The notes under the pieces are model-generated. The model did no database searches and was not told where the DNA came from. It saw only the letters and a program-made list of their open reading frames with translations. 64,000 bases of DNA, taken from the NCBI RefSeq assembly GCF_006345805.1, contig NC_043008.1:17546001-17610000 (forward strand), read 5' to 3'. Below, in pieces: positions 1 through 10,499 of the stretch. Positions within the stretch are counted from its first letter, which is position 1. Every line of letters starts with the position of its first letter. A program made the translations under genes and the position numbers. Source of the stretch: Octopus sinensis (lineage: Eukaryota).

Positions 1-1269
1 CACATAAAAAATGGGTCTCGGGACTTTCTTTGCTTTGTGTGTGTGTTTTTGATTTTCTTGTAGGAGGGGAGTGGGTGGAATCACTGTTTGCCGGGGAGGG
101 TCGGGACTCCAAGGGTATGGGTGGTGTCGGGGTGGGTTGGGGCTTCGCACAGTTTTTCTTTTTCCTTCTTTTTCTCTTTGTTCCCCCTTCTTTCCACTCT
201 TGTTGCATCTCTTCTTCTGTCGTTTCCTTCTCTGTTTGTTTCTGTTTATTTTCTTCCTCTCCTGAGGCTTCCTCAACGCTTTCCTTTTCTTTTTCCTTTG
301 GTGGGGGAGGGCAGTAGGCTCTTATGTGCCCCCTTTGGCCACACTTGTAGCACCTGGGCGCCCTACCCTCCACCCACACTCTCATAATAATATTTCCAGT
401 TTTTATGCTGTCCGTAATCCTCTCTATAACATCCGCCTCCGTTTGAATGTTCATAACTAGTGTGGCACCTCTCACGCCTTCATTCTTCATAATGGCGTGG
501 AGGATGTCCACTTTATCTTCATTTCCTTTTATAACCGCAGCTGTTATTAATTCGCCTTCTAGGTGTGGAGGTATTCCTTCCACCCTAATTCTAGTTGTCC
601 GCCTATTCAGATACGAGGGTAACAAGTAAAACTTTTCAGTACTCACCACCTTGGCTGCTACATTCCTGGCTGCTTTTTCACTTTTAAATTGCACCGTTAT
701 GGTTCCGTATTGTAATCCTTTTGTCATGTACACAATTCCTCTCCTGTCTGCTGAGAGCCTCTTCAATTGCTTCCATGTTAATTACTTCCATCTTTCTCCC
801 TCCATTCATAAAAACTTTATATTTAATGGTTCTACGATGGAACCAGTCTTCGCGCCCTACTGGAGGCAGCAGCTCCACCTCTCCGTTTTCGTCCTCCTTC
901 ACAAACTCCTGGAGGCCCGTCAACTTAGCCAGGTCTATCTCTCTTTCCATTGACTTCTTCGTTACACCTGCGTAGGTGCCTTCCATCTTTTTCACCGCCA
1001 ACTCCTCCTCAGATGACGATACTTCCGTCGAAATTTCAGAGAAATTTCTCCCTTCCATCTCCTCCGTTTGATGGAGGCGGCTCATAATCGCCTCAGACCG
1101 AAAAACGGCCTCCCGAACCGAAAAAGTTTAACGCGCCGAACGAGCGAAACGCGAAACCGCGCCAACGCCGTTCAGAGTCTCCACAACAACAACCACGCTT
1201 TTTTTTTTTTCTTTTTTACCGAATTTTCAGGAGCCGAAAAAAACACAACCGACGTCAAACGAAGTGGTG
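1..1269 (-). mobile_element. ORF1-only non-LTR retroelement, array unit 1 (divergent subfamily; runs off the window start)
   Basis: The 5' leader (about 1090-1269) is nearly identical to units 2 and 3. The minus strand encodes a homologous but clearly diverged protein (TYAGVTKK, LLPSYLNRRTTRIRVEGIPP, RVWVEGRAPRCYKCGQRGHIRAYC at 311-352). Confidence 0.8.
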
Positions 1270-3013
1270 ATTTCTTTATTACCCACTAAGGGGCGACACA
1301 GAAGGGGACACCAAAAGACATGGGGACATAAAACATTATAATTAGACTTTATGAAAATGAATTGTTAAACGAAAAAATGATTAAATGAAAGCGATACCAA
1401 CGGCCCCGTCCGTCAGCATCACTTACCTGTCCTTTGTTTTTCATAGTCACTTGAATGTTCCTTGCCAATACGAACAAATTCCATATCCATTCTTACTCCG
1501 AAATACTCATCCATATTTTCCACGAATTCATCGCTCATTCTTATATCTTTCACCTCCCAATTCTCGCATTCACACATCACCATAAAGTCACTATGTTCTT
1601 CTTTTCAATCACAGCATACCTAGTCTCACAAACATCATACCATTTATACTCTTCCATTAGACTTTTAACTTCTTTCTGTTCAGTCATAGTACAAATGTAC
1701 GGCCTGATATCTATTTCAATCTCTGTGTGTGTGTATTCTTTTTTTTCTTTTGTTTTCTTGTTGGGGGGGAGCGGGTGGGTTCAATGTCTGCATGGATAGG
1801 GTGGGACTCAGAGGGCGTGGGTGGTTTTGGGGTGGATTGGAGTTCCATATTATTTTCTTTTCCACGTATTCTTCTCTTCCTCTTACTTCAGCAGCTTCCT
1901 TCCATTTCTGTGTATCTCTTCCTCTGTTTCCTTCTCCTCTGGTTTCTGCTTCTCTCTCTCTGGTTCGGGATCCATTTCTTTCCCTGGGGGAGGGCAGAAG
2001 GCTCTTATGTGACCCCTCAGGCCACACTTGTAACAACGTGGAGCCCTGCCCTCCACCCACACTCTCATGATCACTTCCCCAGTCTGATGCTTTCCGTCAG
2101 GTCCACCAGTACCTCGGTCTCTGCCTGTACGTTCAGCTCCACTGTTACGCCTCTCCAGCCCGGACTTAACCGAGGCATGGAGAATATCCACTTCGTCCTC
2201 GTGGCCGCTGATCACAGCCGCCACAATCCATTCTGCCTCCACGTTTGGTGGCACTCCCTCCACCCTTATTCGTTGTAATCTCCTGTTTAAATACGTAGGT
2301 AACAGTGTTACCTTTTCCGACTTCACCGCCTTCGCCGCCATCTTCCTCGCTGCAGATTCACTTTTAAAATGCACAACTACGGTCCCATACTTGGATCCTC
2401 GAGTCAGAAAATTATTTCCTCCTCAGTTCTTCGCAGGGCTTCCTCTATCCATTCCATGGTTACAACTTCTACCCTCTTCCTTTCGTTTGCGAACACCCTG
2501 TAAACAATGGTCCTCTTATCATACCATTCTTTTCTCCTGGGTGTCGGTGATAGTTCCACCTCACCGCTTTCCTTTTTCAGTGTTTATGGTAACTTGGTAG
2601 CTTGGCCAAGTCGACCCCTTCTCTTCCGCCTTCTTGGTTACACCGGCATAAGTATAACTCAGCTTCTTTTCCAATTTCCTTGCTGCCATTTCTAGCTCCT
2701 TCTCAGACGCAGACAAGTCTGATAAAGACTCGAAATCTCCAGCCTTTTCCTCCATCAGCTTCACTGCAATTGCCTGTTCCAGTTCCTCATCTGTCGTGGA
2801 CAAGTCTGTTAGAGACTCATAGTCCATTTCCTTCTGTCTGACAGACCGAAAACGGCCGCCAAAACAGAAAAAAGTTTAACGCGCTGAACGAGCGAAACGC
2901 GAAACCGCGTCAACGCCGTTCAGAATTTCCACAACAACAACCACGCCTTTTGTTCTTTTTTACCGAATTTTCAGGAGCCGAAAAAAACACAACCGACGTC
3001 AAACGAAGTGGTG
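1270..3013 (-). mobile_element. ORF1-only non-LTR retroelement (Tx1/L1-like ORF1, HAL1-like architecture), array unit 2, 1744 bp
   Basis: Minus strand starts CACCACTTCGTTTGACG and ends ...CCCCTTAGTGGGTAATAAAGAAAT. One frameshifted ORF fills most of the unit. No RT or endonuclease motifs lie between the ORF stop and the 3' tail (about 150 bp). Confidence 0.8.
1419..2827 (-). pseudogene. ORF1/Gag-like nucleic-acid-binding protein, about 465 aa when frameshifts are corrected
   Basis: ORF pieces 2561-2827, 1883-2374 and 1716-2060 join into MDYESLTD...KYGTVVVHFKSESAARKMAAK...LLPTYLNRRLQRIRVEGVPPNVEAEWIV...RVWVEGRAPRCYKCGLRGHIRAFC (CX2CX4HX4C, 1994-2035), then an acidic/Pro-rich linker and a C-terminal tail ending RTGK* (TGA 1419-1421). 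RRM-like segments followed by a knuckle resemble Tx1/L1-clade ORF1. The frameshifts may be assembly errors. Confidence 0.75.
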
Positions 3014-4746
3014 ATTTCTTTATTACCCACTAGGGGCGACACAGAAGGGGACACCAAAAGAATGGGGACATAGAACATATAATTAAACTTTATGAACATG
3101 AATTGTTAAACGAAAAAATGATTAAATGAAAGCGATACCAACGGCCCCGTCCGTCAGCATCACTTACCTGTCCTTTGTTTTTCATAGTCACTTGAATGTT
3201 CTTTGCCAATACGAACAAATTCCATATCCATTCTTACTCCGAAATACTCATCCATATTTTCCACGAATTAATCGCTCATTCTTATATCTTTCACCTCCCA
3301 ATTCTCGCATTCACACATCACCATTAAAGTCACCTATGTTCTTCTTTTCAATCACAGCATACCTAGTCTCACCAACATCATACCATTTATTACTTCCATT
3401 AGACTTTTAACTTCTTTCTGTTCAGTCATAGTACAAATGTACGGCCTGATATCGATTTCAATCTCTGTGTGTGTGTTATCTTTTTTTTCTTTTGTTTTCT
3501 GTTGGGGGGGAGCGGGTGGGTTCAATGTCTGCATGGATAGGGTGGGACTCAGAGGGCGTGGGTGGTTTTGGGGTGGATTGCAGTTCCATATTATTTTCTT
3601 TTCCACGTATTCTTCTCTTCCTCTTACTTCCAGCTTCCTTCCATTTCTGTGTATTCTCTTCCTCTGTTTCCTTCTCCTCTGGTTTCTGCTTCTCTCTCTC
3701 TGGTTCGGGATCCATTTCTTTCCCTGGGGGAGGGCAGAAGGCTCTTATGTGACCCCTCAGGCCACACTTGTAAAACGTGGAGCCCTGCCCTCCACCCACA
3801 CTCTCATGATCACTTCTCCCAGTCTGATGCTTTCGTCAGGTCCACCAGTACCTCGGTCTCTGCCTGTACGTTCAGCTCCACTGTTACGCCTCTCCAGCCC
3901 TCGGACTTAACCGAGGCATGGAGAATATCCACTTCGTCCTCGTGGCCGCTGATCACAGCCGCCACAATCCATTCTGCCTCCACGTTTGGTGGCACTCCCT
4001 CCACCCTTATTCGTGTAATCCTCCTGTTTAAATACGTACGGTAACAGTGTTACCTTTTCGACTTCACCGCCTTCGCTGCCATCTTCCTCGCTGCAGATTC
4101 ACTTTTAAAGTGCACAACTACGGTCCCGTACTTGGATCCTCGAGTCAGAAAATTTATTTCCTCCTCAGTTCTTCGCAGGGCTTCCTCTATCCATTCCATG
4201 GATACAACTTCTACCCTTCCTTTCGTTTGCGCACACCCTGTAAACAATGGTCCTCTTATCATACCATTTTTTCTCCTGGGTGTCGGTGATAGTTCCACCT
4301 CACCGCTTTCCTTTTTCATGTGTTTCTGGAAACTTGGTAGCTTGGCCAAGTCGACCCCTTTCTCTTCCGCTTCTTGGTTACACCGGCATAAGTATAACTC
4401 AGCTTCTTTTCCAATTTCCTTGCTGCCATTTCTAGCTCCTTCTCAGACAAGTCTGATAAAGACTCGAAAACTCCAGCCTTTTCCTCCAATCAGCTTCACT
4501 GCAATGGCTGTTCCAGTTCCTCATCTGTCGTGGACAAGTCTGTTAGAGACTCATAGTCCATTTCCTTCTGTCTGACAGACCGAAAACGGCCGCCAAAACA
4601 GAAAAAAGTTAACGCGCTGAACGAGCGAAACGCGAAACCGCGTCAACGCCGTTCAGAATTTCCACAACAACAACCACGCCTTTTGTTCTTTTTTACCGAA
4701 TTTTCAGGAGCCGAAAAAAACACAACCGACGTCAAACGAAGTGGTG
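3014..4746 (-). mobile_element. ORF1-only non-LTR retroelement, array unit 3, 1733 bp
   Basis: Near-identical direct repeat of unit 2, with the same junction sequence (GAAGTGGTG|ATTTCTTTATTACCCAC on +). Differences are mostly single-base indels. Confidence 0.8.
3160..4561 (-). pseudogene. ORF1/Gag-like protein, second near-identical copy (frameshifted)
   Basis: Same protein as 1419-2827 (ORF pieces 4050-4349, 3810-4004, 3476-3799, 3352-3606). Its frameshifts fall at different positions from those in unit 2. Confidence 0.72.
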
Positions 4747-4772
4747 ACGTTTCTGCCAGCTCGCTGCCTTAT
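4747..4772 (-). mobile_element. 5' head fragment of tRNA-derived SINE family B, directly joined to the array
   Basis: Reverse complement TAAGGCAGCGAGCTGGCAGAAACGT matches the start of the full SINE at 12597 (TAAGGCGGCGAGCTGGCAGAAACGTTAG) at 24 of 25 positions. Confidence 0.75.
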
Positions 4773-5228
4773 ATAAACTATTGACAATAAAAGCCATGGG
4801 ATATAAAATGATTTAAATTTTAAAAATGTAAAAGTTGCATAACTTTTAAAATTTGCTGGTGTCCCAAGGCACTCTGCCGGCCAACGAAGGGTTAAAATAA
4901 ACAAATATGCTAGACATTGAATGTAGTCGAAAAAAAAATTTTTTTTTTTTTGGTCACGGTTGGACAAGCTACTACTATTAAGATTACTTCTGTAGGAGCA
5001 ACCCAGGTGATTCTACAACAACATCCGGTTTTCTTAGCAGAATTAGAAGCTACGATATTTGTCACGACAAATATATTTCAAACAGCAGCAGCGAAAGGAA
5101 GAGCGAAGCTTTTACGTGGGTGGTTAATTAAATATATTCTTTACACGCTGGTTTTAGAATCAGTTCTTAACTTCCTGACAAGCAGTACACACCCAAGAGG
5201 CTTGAGACTCGTGAAAATATATAAAGAA

Positions 5229-5618
5229 ATGGAAAAGATTATCAAAATGTTTACATGGACTATTATTTTCTTGCTTTTCGTTAGCACACTTAGTTGGTAT
5301 ACGGTGAAAGCTGGTTTGGAACGTCGGTGTAACGATGAAACAATCAGAAAAAGTGCTGTGTCAAATAGCTACTGCGCCACCAGAATGCCCAACTTCTTGC
5401 GACTTGTCTGCAACCGGGAAGACTATGTTAAAATGGACGATATTTTATTTTACACAAATCGATGTCCTAAACCCAAACGCAGAAGACTCAATGGAGTTGT
5501 TATCAGTAAAAGGAAAGCGAAGTCGCACTTATCCAGAAAAACCAACTTTTGGTGTGGAATTGTATGTGAATGCTGTCATCACACTTGTAGTTTAGATGAA
5601 CTCTTAGCCTACTGCTGA
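5229..5618 (+). CDS. Molluscan insulin-related peptide precursor (MIP-type ILP), 129 aa, single coding exon
   Basis: Hydrophobic signal peptide (MEKIIKMFTWTIIFLLFVSTLSWYTVKA). B chain GLERRC...YC-x11-C. Basic cleavage sites KRRR, KRK, RK. A chain GIVCECC-x3-C-x8-C followed by TGA. The extra B-chain N-terminal Cys and extra A-chain Cys (VCECC) are the molluscan four-disulfide pattern. An alternative start lies at 5247. The track's upstream extension from 4917 is not supported. Confidence 0.93.
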   Translation: MEKIIKMFTWTIIFLLFVSTLSWYTVKAGLERRCNDETIRKSAVSNSYCATRMPNFLRLVCNREDYVKMDDILFYTNRCPKPKRRRLNGVVISKRKAKSHLSRKTNFWCGIVCECCHHTCSLDELLAYC

Positions 5619-7377
5619 GCAAATCCCAAAGGATTATCTAGGTCATTCACAGCTGCCTGACTGAATGACATGTATGTCTGTTTCTTTTACAACCACTTTC
5701 TTTTTTTATAATCAAAGACTTAATCTTGATTTTTAAACTTTTTATAATCCTATCAATACTGCTTCTTAGTATATTTACTTCAATCTGAAATTATATTATA
5801 TCTTGCATATTTTTATCAGTTCATCACTTTTAATGTTCAACCACATTTTAGACTTCTGATAAATCCTTTTAATTTCTTTTTCTATATATTTTACTTTATT
5901 TTCTCCTACTCACATATCGCCAACAGGCTGTAAACTTTTTTGAAGTATTAGTAAATATATCCACAAAAATAATTTCTTTATGCTTGTTCTTGAAAAAATG
6001 ATTTTACTAAACATTGTTCTTATTGTGTTTTGGTATGACAAAATTAAGAGCGAAAAACAAAGCCCACGAATGGTTAATTAATGATCTGCGGTCGAACTAC
6101 AGCCAATTTCGATTTTGCTCCTTAGCCATCCCATGGTCGATTAATAAAGTCCCACTAACACAGAATTCGACTATAGTCTTGCTAAAAATTGGTCGGACTT
6201 TGTGTTTATAGGAAATATTCTTATGAAAAAAGCCATGTAGATTCTGAGCTGCCATTTTATTTGAAATCCAGTAAAAACAAAATTTCGAACATAAGATGTG
6301 AAAGAATTTAACTTTCTTGAAATAGGAGGTTCTTTGAGTTGCATGTCTGGAGTAGGAAATTGAAGACTCCTGTATTACCAACGGAATCGTTTACTCTAAT
6401 AAACGATATAATTGTAAATGAACCCTGGAGTAGTTACGCCAGGTACAGTGCAACAGTACGCCCCCACCACAAAAAAAAAAGACAATATCAGATCATTTGA
6501 GTGTTCGACTGCCAGGAGTTGTCTCAGCAAAAAAGTGAGCTATATTTTATGTTAGACAAAATGCAATTGTTCGATGTGACCAATCATGGAGTCTCTCGAG
6601 AAAAAGCACTCAACATTCCGCACTCACAAAAATGTAGCTTTTGGAATTTCGATTGTACTTAAACCAAAGGGGAGATGGATAAGATCAAGAACAAAGATTT
6701 GCTTTCATATTACATCATACATGTACTCTGGGAAAAATAACAGGCGTGAATGAAAGCTTGCATAATTCAAATTATAAATTCCGCAAATGTTACCACAGGA
6801 AAAAGAAAATACCCCTGTCAAATCGGCAAAACTAAGTTTTATGCAAGAACCAACAAATCACCATCCCGCAATAATGCATGAGCACCCTGCAATTTACAAA
6901 CACCTCAATAACAACTTTTTATTTAAAGATCCTGGTCGTTAGTATGGAGATGGCGTCACTTTGGAGAAGTGAAGACAGATTAACTTTCAAGGGCGAACTC
7001 AGAACAATAATGAAAGAAAAATAATACCAGCCAACTGCTTGATTTACTATACGGTTTTCTAAAATTTGCGACCTCCTGCTACAGCTTAGAGAATACTCTA
7101 GACCTGTATTAATGTCTTAATCTGTTAAGTCATTTCTTAGGATTCTGCATTTAAATTCCTATGGCATCAATTTTATCAATTCCTCTGAAGTAGACTAAAT
7201 GTATCATGCATGTACTTATGATAAATACATTGAATTTCTCTTTTGTATTAATTTTATTTTCCTTGAAATTTTTTGTGCGAAATGTATCCAGCATTGTAAA
7301 TTAAGTTGCAGAGTTAGTAAGCAAACATCTTGAAGTTGAAACTCTGATTTCTGCTTTTTAGGCTTTAATATTTGTTT

Positions 7378-7612
7378 TTTTTTATTACCCACAAGGGACT
7401 AAACACAGGGGGTGGGGGGCAAACAAGGACAGACAAACGGATTAAGTCGATTATATTGACCCAAGTGCGTAACTGGTACTTAATTTATCGACCCCGAAAG
7501 GATGAAAGGCAAAGTCGACCTCGGCGGAATTTGATCTCAGAACGTAGCGGCAGACGAAATACGGCTACGCATATCGCCCGGCGTGCTAACGGTTCTGCCA
7601 ACTCGCCGCCTT
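7378..7612 (-). mobile_element. tRNA-derived SINE family B with GTGGGTAATAAA tail
   Basis: Reverse complement begins GGCGGCGAGTTGGCAGAACCGTTAGCACGCC, has a B-box-like GATCAAATTCC, and ends CCCTTGTGGGTAATAAAAAA. Confidence 0.85.
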
Positions 7613-10499
7613 TCTGCTTTTTAGGCTTTAATAGAGAGCAAGATACATTTTAACCATAAGTTACCCCTTTGTGCCCAGAGACCCTTTTGGTTGCTATTTT
7701 ATTCGGGGAAACCCGCATAGTCATTCGATGCTTAAAAATATTTTTTCTTTTTATAATATTAGGAATTAAAATTGTCCAAATATTTTGTATATTGAGTATA
7801 ACCAATTTATTGCACTTGAGTTTTAACAAAAACCGTATATGAACTCCGGTTGAGAACCACAGATATAGAATAACTTGTTCATTAACAAAAACTGCGTGTT
7901 CTTCCCTTGTTCTATAGTCAAAAAATTGAAACTATCACATCCAACACCTCTTCATAAATGTGATATTCCATATTTTAGATTTACATTTTAAAAAATTAGT
8001 CAATTTTCACTTGTACTATTTTTCAAAATATAGTGTACTCAGCACAAATTTAAGGTGCTCTGCCGTTTTTAACGTCTTTTTTTTTTATTTTTATTTAAAA
8101 CAACGTCTAGGGGTTAATTTCCTTTCATTTTCAATTGAAGCTATTAGAAATAAGTACAAATGAATTAGTGGTTAAGATGCTGTACTTTTTCCAATTTGCT
8201 TCGAGGCTGCTTCAAACTAATTTTATTTACGTACAAGTTTTGATTTTAGCCGACTACGCATATCATTTCAATTCACTTTCCAGACTTTTATTAGGTTTGC
8301 ACCACTAATACATTAAATCATACAGCTGACTTTCCATACTGTCACAGACGAAATAAATATTAGTTTTAAACCAAAAGATAGCGAATTATACCACCTCACT
8401 TCTTCATTCTCACATACATCATCCTTCTCTTATTCACTTTCCTCATCCCCTCTGTATTCGTTTTTCACTTCTGAACACTATATCGAAAAAATTGAAACAA
8501 AACAAACCAGCAACAAACACTAAAAATATATTGACAACAGCTTAATAGGTCCCCAGTTCCCCAAATGGCCGTTACTTACATTTCAGATGTCTTTATTATT
8601 TAGCAGCAGGGTGGCATATTTGGAAAGAGAGCCTTCCCTTTTTTTCTTATTCTTTTGTGTGTGTAAAAGCAAAAGACCACACTTAAATACAACACTTATT
8701 TCTTTTTTGTTTTATATTTTACTGGTCTTTACATATTTAATAAACCCATCCATTTGATATGTGTTTGCATCTTCATATTAGCATTTTTTTAATGCTTTCA
8801 GAATGTCTCCTGGGGGATCTCTATCATTTAGGTTAACTTACAACCGCTCTATATGCTTCGGGCGTAACATTAATATTGTTAATGTGACACCCGCTAAAAT
8901 TAATTTTCAACATCTGAACAGTAACACTAATTTTGGTTGACTTCAGTATTTGACTGTTACTTTATTTCACCGCTTCCAGACATACACAGCTGAACTATAA
9001 AAGGCAGTCAACAAATAAATTTAAGCAATTGTTCAACGCATCTATGTAAATGATGTAGTAATGCAATAGGCTCTTTATGTTTAACTGAGAATACTCTGAT
9101 ATATCCCTGTCTAGATTCATAAGGATGTCAAAACAAATAACCCATTAATAAAAATCTATTGAGATTTGAATGTTGAAAAACTGCACACATCTATTTAGCA
9201 TTCATAACTACTCTAGTCCATCAAAAGCCGTCTCTACATCGTTTATTGAAAGGCGGTATTTGTGACAGAGGCTGGTGTTAAACCAGATACGTTTATATCT
9301 GTTCCACGGTCATAATCTTATCAAATCTCTTTGACTAAAGAGTTATCTCCTCTCCAGGTTTTAGTCTAGCACGCATTGGTGTCCAGGTATCGACAGCTTT
9401 AAAGCGTGTTTTGCTCATTGCAATAGAAATTGTTTAACTCCACGTCTGTTGTAAGCGAAATTGGAACACAGTGAGTTATTTTTCTAAGGCTTTAAATATT
9501 CTGCCAATTCATGCACATAAATGCGAGCTTAAGCGGGAAACTTAGAAACTTCTTCAGCTAAATTCGAGATACTAAATATTTATAATGTAATAAACTTGAA
9601 GTTAAATGAAATACGTAAATCCGAAGGTAAAACATTCGATAAGAAAATAAAATGCATCATACGAAGGAAAACGGCGAGTTTAATTATCTTTTACTTGTTT
9701 GTCAGACCACTACCATGCTGGGGCACTGCCTTATATTTTCAGTCGAACGAATCGATCCCAGTACCTTATTTTTCTTCAATAATTTACATGCAAGGAAAAT
9801 ACACACGCACACATAGATGCAGAGGAATCGTTTTTGTATTTGCAGATTATCAGTGCGAAGACTGGAAAATTGCATTATGTTTCGTAGTTTACAGGTAAAG
9901 AATGACGGAAATTTAATTAAAAACTTATGGCTTCTAACATAATATATTATTTTTTTTGTAACTATAGATCAATATATAATAATATGCGTTTCAGAAATCC
10001 AGCGTTCTCGTTCCTGGCCTGTACAAGGTTCGTAGAGCGTATTATAATTGTTTTACTAACAGAAAACAATTTCTACGGATTCTAATGTATTATAAAATAT
10101 GATGCGCATACAAGATGGTTTATATTCACGCACACAAATCAACAGTAAATATAGATAAATATTAATATTTGCAATGACATAAAAACTGATTTGTTTTGAG
10201 TTTAGTATAATGGCATCAACTCTTACTAAATCCTGCTAACAACAGTACTCTAGTACGCTACTCTAGTACATTTAGTACACTAAACTCTGCTGACAGTAGT
10301 CAAGTATTTAGTGTCTATAGCAATAGTTGTTGCTTTTGTGAATAAGTGTTCGGATTCTGGGTGGGACCTTTCTTCAACAGTCTCTATTTGTTTTATTCCA
10401 AAACTTAGAGAAGGTATTGGGGCACCTTTGTCACTTTGGAGAGACACCATGCCTGCATTATCTTCAGATACCTGTCAGGAATCGTCTGTAGTCACGCAA

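Noticed and set aside
30-4575. Plus-strand Phe/Leu/Ser-rich ORFs in the array
   Set aside because: Antisense shadows of the purine-rich minus-strand ORF1.
4917-5228. N-terminal extension of the 233-aa ORF upstream of the insulin signal peptide
   Set aside because: It begins at a TTG, contains homopolymer-derived sequence, and would bury the signal peptide. The real start is most likely ATG 5229 or 5247.
6030-7130. Coding-like sequence downstream of the insulin gene
   Set aside because: Only vague LINE-like word matches (VRPIF, IHVLWEK). No ordered motif series.
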